DNA from: Okeania sp.
Lineage (GTDB): Bacteria; Cyanobacteriota; Cyanobacteriia; Cyanobacteriales; Microcoleaceae
Direction: 5' to 3'
Length of the DNA: 32,000 nucleotides
Assembly (NCBI RefSeq): GCF_035285525.1
Contig: NZ_JAYKGW010000023.1
Location: forward strand, 16,785 to 48,784
A model generated the notes under the pieces. That model worked only from the letters and a program-made list of their open reading frames with translations, searched no databases and had not been told where the DNA came from. Shown one piece after another: positions 9,730 to 18,476 of the stretch. The first letter of the stretch is position 1, and every line of letters begins with the position of its first letter. The position numbers were made by a program, and so were the translations under genes.

Positions 9730-10845
9730 CTATTCTCTTTTTATTCTAGAAATATTAAAAGTTGCAAATAAATCTTCAATAGCTTTCAATAATTGACTTT
9801 GATGCCAATTTCTATATAAATTAGCAGCGATCGCACAACCTCCACAACCCACCCCTTCTTTGACAAACCCCCTTTCATAAGCTTGTAGTTGAGGATAACC
9901 AGATTCAGCAAAACTAAGTTGTGTTGCCATCAAAGGTACAGAACCAATTTCTGCTGCTAACCCAACAGTATCTCCAGTTGGGTCTTCTGCTACCCAACGA
10001 GTTGTTCCCACCACAATATTCTCAGGTTGCCAACCTAAAGATAAATTTTTTGCCAATGCTTGCATTAAAGCATAAACAGCTAACATTTGGGTTCCCCCAG
10101 CTAACATTACTCCCACCTCAAGACTTGCTGTCATTGCCATTCCTGCTACTACTATTTGCATGGGATCTCCTACTGCAGCAATTAATTTTAGAGGTTGAGC
10201 AACTGGAAGCGTAGAATTAAAAGCAACCTGTAAACCTTGACGCACCACAGCTAATTTTTGACTATGATTACATTGAGGATGACTACTATTTACTTTACCA
10301 GTAGCAGCAATACCCAAACCTAATAAAACTGCTAAAGCGGTAGTTGTTCCTCCAACTACACATTCTCCTAAAATTATATAGCTATCTTTGGTTTCATCAG
10401 CTAATTTTCGACCCCAATAATTACCTATTTTTAATAAGTGTTGAACGGTGGCAATATCTAAAGCATGACCAGAAGTTAAACAACGAGCAGGAGTACCTCC
10501 TAAATCAATTGTTGGTACGGTTGGTTGATGGGTTAAACCTGCATTGAATAGATAATAAGGAATATTCAAGCTATCAATAACTGCTTTTGTAATTAAAACT
10601 GGAGAAGCGCCAGCATTTAGAGGTGGTAGTGGATATTTAGGTTGTGGTTGTAGACCATTATATAGAAATTCTACATCTGCTAAACAAGTATATTGACGGT
10701 CTTTTGGAGTTGCTCCTGCTGCGGAAATTCCAGGAATTAGACCTGTATCTGTAAATCCTAAAATACAACTAAAAATTGGTTGACTACCTCGATATTTTTG
10801 CAGCCAATTTTTTCCTTGTTGTACTTGGGTATAAACACGAATCAT
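9730..10845 (-). CDS. CobT-like nicotinate-nucleotide--dimethylbenzimidazole phosphoribosyltransferase (cyanobacterial UPF0284/TIGR00303 type)
   Basis: The 371-aa protein has FTDTGLIPGISAAGATP, LGECVVGGTTTALAVLLGLG and MLAGGTQM blocks typical of the CobT-related family. Confidence 0.75.
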   Translation of the reverse strand: MIRVYTQVQQGKNWLQKYRGSQPIFSCILGFTDTGLIPGISAAGATPKDRQYTCLADVEFLYNGLQPQPKYPLPPLNAGASPVLITKAVIDSLNIPYYLFNAGLTHQPTVPTIDLGGTPARCLTSGHALDIATVQHLLKIGNYWGRKLADETKDSYIILGECVVGGTTTALAVLLGLGIAATGKVNSSHPQCNHSQKLAVVRQGLQVAFNSTLPVAQPLKLIAAVGDPMQIVVAGMAMTASLEVGVMLAGGTQMLAVYALMQALAKNLSLGWQPENIVVGTTRWVAEDPTGDTVGLAAEIGSVPLMATQLSFAESGYPQLQAYERGFVKEGVGCGGCAIAANLYRNWHQSQLLKAIEDLFATFNISRIKRE

Positions 10846-10988
10846 TAATTCAGTTATTAGTTTATCAGTTTCTAGTTAATAGTAACGTTTTTTTACTCTG
10901 TTAAGATGTTCAATAATTAATAGACATCTGCTGAAAAGAGGCAATAGGCAATAGGAAGAAAGAACAGAATTTTATTTCGTAATGAGTG

Positions 10989-11085
10989 GTAACACAAGCA
11001 TCTTGCTTGTTACAACCACAGAAGGCTGTGTCACCAACATTTGTAACACAAGCATCTTGCTTGTTACAACCACAGAAGGCTGTGT
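10989..11085. repeat. Tandem (54-bp period) hairpin repeat GTAACACAAGCATCTTGCTTGTTAC-AACCACAGAAGGCTGTGT
   Basis: Two copies start at 10989 and 11043. A third hairpin copy lies at 25251-25275, and a degenerate relative lies at about 9669-9715. Confidence 0.85.
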
Positions 11086-11158
11086 TACAAGTGTACCTGA
11101 CCATCCTCAGGCATTGCCGTAACAAAAAATAGAAAACTGTTTTCGATCAACAGGAGGT

Positions 11159-12664
11159 TTATAGCAGCAAAGTCAAAGACTTATCAATAGAAACTAAAGT
11201 ATTCGCACAAATAACTCCAGAAGCAGCAACCGCTGGTACACCAATACCAGGCATTGTACTATCTCCTACTCGATATAAACCAGAAATAGGTGTTTGATAT
11301 CCAGGAAAATTACCTTTTCCAGCAACAATAGCAGGTCCGTAAGTACCCTGATAACGACGCAAAAAGCGAGCATGAGTCAGAGGTGTACCAATTAATTCTA
11401 AAGTTATACGTTGCCGAATATCAGGAATTACTTTTTCTAATGCTAAAAACAAAGATTCTGCTTTTTCCTGTTTCCGTTGCGGATAAAATTCATCTTTTTC
11501 CCAACCAGAAAAAGATTCCAATGTATAAGCATGAACGACATGATGACCGGGAGGTGCTAAAGTAGAATCCCAAACTGAAGGAATAGAAATCATACAAGTA
11601 TTGCCGGGAAGAGAAATATCTACCTCTCCGTCCAAAACTACTACATGATGTCCTGTTAAATCTTCTAAACCATCAGCGCGAATACCTAAGTGTAAGTGCA
11701 TAAAACTTTCCACCACAGGGGTTGCTAAAGCAGATTCTCGGAAAGAAGTGGGTAAGTCTTCAGGTTTCAACAGTTGAGTATAGGTATCCCAAATCGTAGC
11801 ATTGGAAATAACAATCGGAGCTTCAATAATTTTATTTCCTCTCAAACGCACTCCTACTGCTTTGCCAGATTCTATTAATATTTGTTCGACATGAGCATTT
11901 AAAAGTAATTCACCACCATAACGTTCCAAACCTCTAACTAGAGCATGAACTATTGCACCACTACCACCGATAGGATATTCAATCACAGAATTAGAACGTT
12001 CGCCAAACATAAACGCCACTTCTGGAGCAACAGTACCATGAGCTTTTAACCCAGACAGGAGAAAACATTCCAAGTCAATTAAACGGCGTACCCAAGGGTC
12101 TGTTACCCATTTATCCATGATTTGCCCAACGGAACCTCCTATATCGCCGAGGGAAGGCAACATCTTTAGTAAGGATAGTCCATATTTTCCTAATAAAATT
12201 GGGATTAACCAAAAATCAGCTCTTAAAGCTATGGGTGAAATTTCTTTCAGACCAGCATACAATTGTAAAAGATGATGTTGAAAAAGTTGTAATTCTTGAG
12301 CGCCTTGAGTAGTAAACTTAGAGACTGCTTCTAAATAAGCTGACCCATTACCATAAACTGGCAAAACACCTTCAGGAAAATGATAATGTCCCAGAGGATC
12401 GTAGACAACTGTCTCCAGAGATTCGCCCAAAATATTGAGGACTTTTTGTAAAGGATTGAGACTGTGAGGGTCAGCTAATCCACAATAAAAAGATGGACCA
12501 GAGTCAAAATGGAAACCTTGACGGGAGAAAGAGTGAGCTGCGCCCCCAGGAATATTATGGCTTTCACAAATTATTACTTTTTTGCCGTAGTAGGCAAGCA
12601 TTGCTCCAGCAACTAAGCCCCCAATACCACTACCGATTACAATTATATTTTTTTCCGTTACCAT
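11159..12664 (-). CDS. Phytoene desaturase / carotenoid isomerase (CrtISO)-family FAD-dependent oxidoreductase
   Basis: The N-terminal Rossmann motif is IIVIGSGIGGLVAG...ESHNIPGGAA. The length (501 aa) and the C-terminal GLYRVGDSTMPGIGVPAVAASG motif fit the CrtI/CrtISO family. The exact substrate cannot be assigned. Confidence 0.75.
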   Translation of the reverse strand: MVTEKNIIVIGSGIGGLVAGAMLAYYGKKVIICESHNIPGGAAHSFSRQGFHFDSGPSFYCGLADPHSLNPLQKVLNILGESLETVVYDPLGHYHFPEGVLPVYGNGSAYLEAVSKFTTQGAQELQLFQHHLLQLYAGLKEISPIALRADFWLIPILLGKYGLSLLKMLPSLGDIGGSVGQIMDKWVTDPWVRRLIDLECFLLSGLKAHGTVAPEVAFMFGERSNSVIEYPIGGSGAIVHALVRGLERYGGELLLNAHVEQILIESGKAVGVRLRGNKIIEAPIVISNATIWDTYTQLLKPEDLPTSFRESALATPVVESFMHLHLGIRADGLEDLTGHHVVVLDGEVDISLPGNTCMISIPSVWDSTLAPPGHHVVHAYTLESFSGWEKDEFYPQRKQEKAESLFLALEKVIPDIRQRITLELIGTPLTHARFLRRYQGTYGPAIVAGKGNFPGYQTPISGLYRVGDSTMPGIGVPAVAASGVICANTLVSIDKSLTLLL

Positions 12665-13185
12665 ATAAAATAGTTTTTAACAATAGTATTTGTATTTAGG
12701 GTTTACTGAATAGCTCTTTTGGCTGGGGCAGAGAGTAAGGAGTAGTTAGGGACATTGTATTTAATGTCCGTACCAGGTTAAAGGTTAGGAGAAATAGGAA
12801 ATTATAGAGAGGGTTGTGGGAAGGATTGTACCTTAATTTTTCTGCTCTTGTCTGTCCAAAATTTTGACTTTTTGGTTACTTGAATTGTCAAAATTTGCAC
12901 TTTTATTATAACTCAGTTCTAGTTTATAATTATAAGCTGACTAAATACAGCAATTTAAAGTAATGTTTTTTGTTGGCACTGACAACTATTAGTAGATTAC
13001 ATTAAACTTTCAATGATTAAATAATTCGTAAGCATTCAGTCATCAGCGATCAGCTAGCTTCCTGGGTCGGAACTTTGCAATTCAGTTATTGCATTTAGTT
13101 TTGTCGATAAAAGCTTTATTATTCATAATTAAATTTTACTACAAAAACCAGTTTTCAAGTTCATATTCATTTAAACTTCAAGTTT

Positions 13186-13297
13186 AAGGAGGAGGTTTTA
13201 TTGCTGAAAGCTGACTGCTAATAGCTGAATACTTACAATAAAAGGAGGAGGTTTTATTACTGAAAGCTGACTGCTAATAGCTGAATACTTACAATAA
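13186..13297 (+). repeat. Two tandem 56-bp copies (AAGGAGGAGGTTTTATTRCTGAAAGCTGACTGCTAATAGCTGAATACTTACAATAA)
   Basis: The two copies differ at one position. They end 38 bp upstream of the 13336 start codon. Confidence 0.9.
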
Positions 13298-13335
13298 TTA
13301 GAAAAATATTATCTAGGTTATCCAGGGGAAAAAAT

Positions 13336-15180
13336 ATGGAATCATTTTCAATGATAGATATAGTAGTTAAAGAATTAGAAAAAGATGCTAATCTCACTAG
13401 AATTAAGAAAGTAATTTATTGTGCTTGTGAAGGTAGATGGGAGAATGATGAATCTAAATTATCAGAAATTAACCTCCGGGAATTGATAGAAGAATTGTAT
13501 AATAAAGTAGGTAATATAGAAACCTTAGACCGTAAATTATCTCGGATAGTTTCTAAAGTAAATAAAAGAATAGAATACAGTATATTAGCACAGAAAATTC
13601 TGGGCATTGTGGGAAAGCTATATCCTGAGGAAGAAGATGAAGAAGATATGACAATTATGGAAACTGGTCCGAACTGGAGTATTGATGGTTCAGAAGATCA
13701 AACTAATTCAAAAGATAAATTTTTAGTAGAAGAATCTTATTCAAGAGACCCTGGAGAATTATTTAATGTCCGGGAAAAAATCATCCAAAATACTAATCCA
13801 TTAAAAGCAAAAATTCTGATTTTTTCTACTGTAGAACATCAATTTAGTTTTAGTGAAAGAGATTGGTTGCTATTAAAAACAAAAAGCTTAGATAGTTTAC
13901 TTAGACAAATATTTAATCTATGTTCATCTACAACAGATTTAGAAGTTTATTTGTATAGCAATGCTAATAATTTTGAAAACCCAGATGAGTATATGCAAGT
14001 TGCTAATGTAATTATTAGTGCTTTAACTTCTTGCTATGCAGAAGATATTACTGTTACCCAAGTTAGAGTCAAAGCTGAAAATTATCAAATATCACCATCA
14101 GATACAAATGATATCAATAGTAATGATTATTTTCAGAAAATTGGTATCGATCAAAAATTTCCCAAAGAGCCAGAAATTATGAATCATCATAATGAAGAGG
14201 AAGAAGAATCTACTACTTCATTTGAAAGTTCTAAAGAAGACATAGATAATGAGAGTACAGATCAAGAAGAATCAACAAATATTGTTCAGCCAATTGATTA
14301 CTACAAAGCAGTAAATTCGATTCCTACTAAAGCAAAAGTAGTAACTCAAGGTCATTATAAAAAAGCTGCTCTACGAGAAAGAAATATTCTAGATTCAATT
14401 AAGCAAAAATTAGAGATAGAAAATGAAATTTCAGCTTTAGTTAACCAAAGAGTTGATATTATCATAGATGCTATAGAAGCACAATTTATTTCCTTAGAAG
14501 AAAGCTTAAATAATCTTTTAGAATATGAGCCAGAAGAAAGACGTTTATCATTCAAATATACAGCCTTAGCAAGTTTAATTAGTAATGTACAAGATAAGTC
14601 TACAAAATTTAGAGAAATTCTCATGCAGTTAGAAACAGACGAAAGGAAAATAGTAAATTTCGAGCATTATAACAATGGGATTAATCAAGAAGTAAATTTA
14701 CCAAAAGAAAGTTATTCTGGTAATTCTAATAACGGAATTAATCAAGAAACAAATTTACCAAAAGAAAGTTATTCTGGTAATTCTAATAACGGAATGAATC
14801 AAGAAACAAATTTACCAAAAGAAAGTTATTCTGGTAATTCTAATAACGGAATGAATCAAGAAACAAATTTACCAAAAGAAACTGACAATGAAAACCAACA
14901 AAAAATTATTGAATTAGCAACTCAAGGAAATCCTAAAGCTATTGCGATGATAATTAATAAATCATTTGAACAACAAGGTATTACAGTTATAGCTGGAAAG
15001 AAAAATGATTGTCTCCATATAGTTCTAGAATCGGAACAAGTTCCAAATAAAGAAATTGTCACTCCAGTAGTGCAGCAAAAAATTACTAACTTACAATCAG
15101 AAGAACTTAAAAATGTCAAAATTCATGGCAGACAATCAGGCAATAAATCAATTATTTGGACACAAACAATTTCTGTTTAA
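13336..15180 (+). CDS. Hypothetical acidic, low-complexity protein (614 aa) with internal 19-aa tandem repeats
   Basis: A long ORF with an SD-like GGGGA upstream. It has four NNG[IM]NQE[VT]NLPKESYSGNS repeats. I cannot name a family for the N- or C-terminal regions. Confidence 0.7.
   Translation: MESFSMIDIVVKELEKDANLTRIKKVIYCACEGRWENDESKLSEINLRELIEELYNKVGNIETLDRKLSRIVSKVNKRIEYSILAQKILGIVGKLYPEEEDEEDMTIMETGPNWSIDGSEDQTNSKDKFLVEESYSRDPGELFNVREKIIQNTNPLKAKILIFSTVEHQFSFSERDWLLLKTKSLDSLLRQIFNLCSSTTDLEVYLYSNANNFENPDEYMQVANVIISALTSCYAEDITVTQVRVKAENYQISPSDTNDINSNDYFQKIGIDQKFPKEPEIMNHHNEEEEESTTSFESSKEDIDNESTDQEESTNIVQPIDYYKAVNSIPTKAKVVTQGHYKKAALRERNILDSIKQKLEIENEISALVNQRVDIIIDAIEAQFISLEESLNNLLEYEPEERRLSFKYTALASLISNVQDKSTKFREILMQLETDERKIVNFEHYNNGINQEVNLPKESYSGNSNNGINQETNLPKESYSGNSNNGMNQETNLPKESYSGNSNNGMNQETNLPKETDNENQQKIIELATQGNPKAIAMIINKSFEQQGITVIAGKKNDCLHIVLESEQVPNKEIVTPVVQQKITNLQSEELKNVKIHGRQSGNKSIIWTQTISV
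14671..14880 (+). repeat. Intragenic 57-bp tandem repeat, about 3.7 copies
   Basis: Copies start at 14671, 14728, 14785 and 14842. Copies 2 and 3 differ by a single nucleotide (att/atg). Confidence 0.9.
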
Positions 15181-15369
15181 GCAGCAGGGACTTATACCGT
15201 TTCACGGAAATTATAAAGTCAAAAGTTAAAAGTTAAAAGTAAGGTTTGATCAGCCTCAAAAGTTGAAATGTCAAATAATTGCCTAAAATTACTGTGGCGT
15301 TAAAGTTTTGGATATATAAAGTATTACTTTATAAGTATTATTTATTTCTTTAAAAAGAGGAAAATTATA

Positions 15370-16365
15370 ATGAGCCATCGTGAAATTCTCAGGAAATATG
15401 CAGCAGGAGAAACTGATTTTCAAGCCATTAATCTCAAAGGTATCCAATTAAATGGAGCAGACTTAATAGGTGCAAATTTTGCCGAGTCCGATCTTCAGGG
15501 AGCAGAACTGATGCTAGCATTTCTGAATCGAGTCAATTTACAACGTGCTAATTTAATTACAGCTAGACTTAGTGGTGCATACCTAACCCAAGCTAATTTG
15601 CAAGGTGCTAATATGGCCGATGTGGATCTGCATGGGGCAAACTTACAAAATGCAGACTTGAAAAAGGCCAATCTAGAGTTAGCCACCCTGATTGATGCTA
15701 ATTTGAAGAAGGCAGATATGCGAGGAGTTAATCTTCAGAGTGCTGATTTGCGTGGTGTTTATATGCGTGAGGCTAATCTCCGCTATGAACCACGAATTTA
15801 TGAAATAGCTAATCTTCGGGGAGTAAATATGCGCAAAGCTGATCTGCGTAATGTCGATTTGACTGGAGCTGATTTGACTAAAGCTGATTTGAGGGGGGCT
15901 AATTTAAGTGAAGCATCTCTTAAGGGTGTGACATTAACTAAAGCTAATTTAGCTGAAGCAATTTTAGATGGTGCATCTTTAACAGAAGCTAATTTGATAG
16001 GAGCTAACTTATCTGAGGCGAGTTTAATTAATGCTAAGTTTGAAAGAGCTGAATTAATGGATACATATCTAAATGGTGCTAACTTAAGTGGGGCAAGGAT
16101 GGTAGATGCAAAATTGGGTAAAGCTATGTTAATCGATACTAATCTAACTCAAGCTAATTTAGTGAGAGCTGATCTGAGTCGAGCTAATTTAAGTGATGCT
16201 AATCTTACTAAGGCTGACTTAACTGATGCTTATCTGGCAAAAGCAAATTTGCGTAACTCTAACTTAATTGATTCTATCTTAACCAGGGTTGAATTAAGCA
16301 CAAGTAATTTAAGTGGCGCTCAAATGCAAGGTGCTACTATGCCTGATGGAGAGATTTACGATTAA
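15370..16365 (+). CDS. Pentapeptide-repeat protein (331 aa)
   Basis: The A(D/N)LxX pentapeptide pattern (ANLxxANL, ADLxGA) is nearly continuous across the ORF. A GAGGA SD lies upstream. Confidence 0.93.
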   Translation: MSHREILRKYAAGETDFQAINLKGIQLNGADLIGANFAESDLQGAELMLAFLNRVNLQRANLITARLSGAYLTQANLQGANMADVDLHGANLQNADLKKANLELATLIDANLKKADMRGVNLQSADLRGVYMREANLRYEPRIYEIANLRGVNMRKADLRNVDLTGADLTKADLRGANLSEASLKGVTLTKANLAEAILDGASLTEANLIGANLSEASLINAKFERAELMDTYLNGANLSGARMVDAKLGKAMLIDTNLTQANLVRADLSRANLSDANLTKADLTDAYLAKANLRNSNLIDSILTRVELSTSNLSGAQMQGATMPDGEIYD

Positions 16366-16571
16366 TAGATAATTGATAATTAGGGCTTGGGTATGGAAAT
16401 CTAAAAGTCTTTACATAGTAATAGTTTTAGGCTTTTTAAATACCTAAAAAGTTAGAATTTTAGGGAGACCAAAGGTAGAAAAATAAAGGAAAAATTATTG
16501 CTCCTACTTTCCCACCCTTCCCACACTTTGCTTTTTTCAAGGTGGCCTATTGTCTTTAAGAAAAATTGAAT

Positions 16572-16607
16572 ATACAGTTTAAATGCTAAATAGCTGATTA
16601 ACTGTAT
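16572..16607 (+). promoter_or_regulatory. Inverted repeat ATACAGTT-N20-AACTGTAT abutting the acr3 start codon, a candidate operator or 5'-UTR hairpin
   Basis: Perfect 8-bp arms were read directly. The repeat ends 5 nt before the ATG at 16613. Confidence 0.3.
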
Positions 16608-16612
16608 CAACG

Positions 16613-17773
16613 ATGACTAAAAATTCACCTCAAGTTAATACATCTGCTGTACAAGCAGGTGGTAAACTGAGTTTTTTTGAAAAATATTTGACTGTGTGGG
16701 TAGCATTGTGCATTTTTGCAGGTATTACTTTAGGGAAAATATTTCCTGGTGTTGCCAAAACATTAGATGCTATGAGTGTTTATCAGGTATCTATTCCTAT
16801 TGCTATCTGTCTATTTTTTATGATGTATCCCATCATGGTGAAAATAGACTTTACCCAAGCCAAAAATGCTGCTCGCGCCCCTAAACCTGTAATTTTAACT
16901 TTAGTCGTAAATTGGGTAATCAAACCTTTCACAATGGTAGCATTTGCTCAATTTTTTTTGGGTTGGTTATTTCGCCCACTGCTAACAGGTACAGAAATGC
17001 TACGGGGTATAGAAGTAACTTTGGCAGACTCTTATATTGCTGGTACGATATTACTTGGTATTGCACCTTGTACAGCAATGGTATTAATGTGGGGTTATCT
17101 TTCTTATAGTAACCAAGGTCATACATTAGTAATGGTGGCGATTAATTCCTTGACAATGTTGTTTTTATATGCTCCTCTGGGGCGATGGTTACTATCAGCA
17201 AATAATTTAACAGTACCTTGGCAAACTATTGTTTTATCAGTATTAATTTATGTGGGTTTACCCCTAGCAGCGGGAATGTATAGCCGTTACTGGATTTTTA
17301 AACATAAAGGAAAAGATTGGTTTGAACGTAAGTTTATTAAGTATTTAAGTCCGGTTTCTACTGCTGCTTTATTAATAACTTTAGTTTTATTATTTGCTTT
17401 TAAAGGTGAATTAATAGTAGAAAATCCTTTTCATATATTATTAATAGCAGTACCACTTTTTATCCAAACTAATTTTATTTTTTTAATTAGTTATGTAGCA
17501 GCTTTGAAAATGAAATTACATTATGAAGATGCTGCACCTGCTGCTTTAATAGGAGCAAGTAATCATTTTGAAGTAGCGATCGCCACTGCGGTTACTCTAT
17601 TTGGCTTAAATTCTGGAGCAGCATTAGCAACAGTTGTAGGAGTATTAATAGAAGTACCAGTCATGTTAATGTTAGTTTATTTTTGCCAACGTACAGCTTT
17701 TTGGTTTCCTCGCCAACCAGAAAAAGCTACTTTATTAGATCCCCGTTGTTGTACAACTTCCTTTACTGAATAA
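16613..17773 (+). CDS. acr3: ACR3-family arsenite efflux permease
   Basis: [23 protein letters not shown] and [12 protein letters not shown] (conserved Cys-containing block) are typical of ACR3. The topology is about 10 TM helices. Confidence 0.9.
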   Translation: MTKNSPQVNTSAVQAGGKLSFFEKYLTVWVALCIFAGITLGKIFPGVAKTLDAMSVYQVSIPIAICLFFMMYPIMVKIDFTQAKNAARAPKPVILTLVVNWVIKPFTMVAFAQFFLGWLFRPLLTGTEMLRGIEVTLADSYIAGTILLGIAPCTAMVLMWGYLSYSNQGHTLVMVAINSLTMLFLYAPLGRWLLSANNLTVPWQTIVLSVLIYVGLPLAAGMYSRYWIFKHKGKDWFERKFIKYLSPVSTAALLITLVLLFAFKGELIVENPFHILLIAVPLFIQTNFIFLISYVAALKMKLHYEDAAPAALIGASNHFEVAIATAVTLFGLNSGAALATVVGVLIEVPVMLMLVYFCQRTAFWFPRQPEKATLLDPRCCTTSFTE

Positions 17774-17780
17774 TATAAAT

Positions 17781-17876
17781 ATGGAAAATTTCGATCATCC
17801 CCCTAGAATTTTATTTTTATACGGTTCTTTACGCGAACGTTCATACACTTCTTATCTGGAAAACCAGAATTATTAA
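17781..17876 (+). pseudogene. arsH: arsH (NADPH-dependent FMN reductase) N-terminal stub, about 23 codons
   Basis: [23 protein letters not shown] matches the ArsH N-terminal flavodoxin-like strand/loop. Family similarity stops at about 17849 and the frame ends at a TAA at 17874. The position after acr3 matches the arsBHC-type order. Confidence 0.7.
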
Positions 17877-18417
17877 AGCGAATACAAAGCCAAGCCAAAT
17901 TACCTTTAAAAGATGCAGCAGCAGTCAATTCGACGCGGTGGAAATTGTTCAATAAATTAAAAACTACAGGTCTGGAAGTAACTACAAGTAGCGGGGGACA
18001 AACAAAATTTAACCGGAGAAAACATAAACTGCCAAAAGCACACTGCATAGACGCTGCTTGTATAGGTGAAGTTCGGGAGTTAAATTTCCAAACCACCCAA
18101 GCTTTAGTTGCTAGCATGCAAAGGGCAAGGGAGTAGACAGAAAGCAGCAGTAAATAAATATGGATACCCCATAAGGTACAACCCACTAAAACCGATAAAA
18201 GGTTGGAATAGTGGAGACTTAGCGTTGAATATGGAAACTGGAGTTGTGGGTAGAGTTAATCCTCGCTCTTTCATCAAATAGTTTTAATTTCACAGTGCCT
18301 GGACAAAAAGCCAAAAGTGTTCATGTAAGTAAATTAAAAGTTGTACATAAGAAAGACGGTTATACCTATACATGGATTCCACATTTGTCCATAAATGTCG
18401 AGGAAAATGCTGTCTAA
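17849..18417 (+). pseudogene. iscB: C-terminal fragment of an IscB-type (RRXRR/HNH/RuvC) OMEGA nuclease, with two +1 frameshifts
   Basis: Three consecutive frames read as follows. First: [74 protein letters not shown]. Second: GQGSRQKAAVNKYGYPIRYNPLKPIKGWNSGDLAL..GVVGRVNPRS. Third: SFNFTVPGQKAKSVHVSKLKVVHKKDGYTYT. This matches, from memory, the IscB C-terminus (RuvC-III H..D motif, GRGSRQ, TID-like tail). The N-terminal PLMP, RuvC-I/II and HNH parts are absent. Confidence 0.7.
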
Positions 18418-18476
18418 AACTTAACAGATCGTTATAGCGAACGTAAAAATTCTGAGAAAAACAGGAAAAATTAATC

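Noticed and set aside
10910-11125. Tracked ORF 10910..11125 (-), 71 aa
   Set aside because: It spans the 54-bp tandem hairpin repeat (a duplicated TAFCGCNKQDACVT peptide), so it is a repeat artefact.
12692-12705. TGTA-N8-TAC match to the NtcA binding consensus upstream of the CrtISO-family gene
   Set aside because: It sits only 28 bp from the start codon, leaving no room for a -10 box and a leader. The six-base core is expected by chance several times in 32 kb.
16696-17126. Alternative-frame and antisense ORFs inside acr3 (and similar nested ORFs inside typA, cobT-like, cydA, cydB, gap, arsJ and the 614-aa gene)
   Set aside because: All are shorter than, and wholly contained in, well-supported genes. 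Their peptides are compositionally odd (Cys/Tyr/Ser-rich), as expected for off-frame translation.
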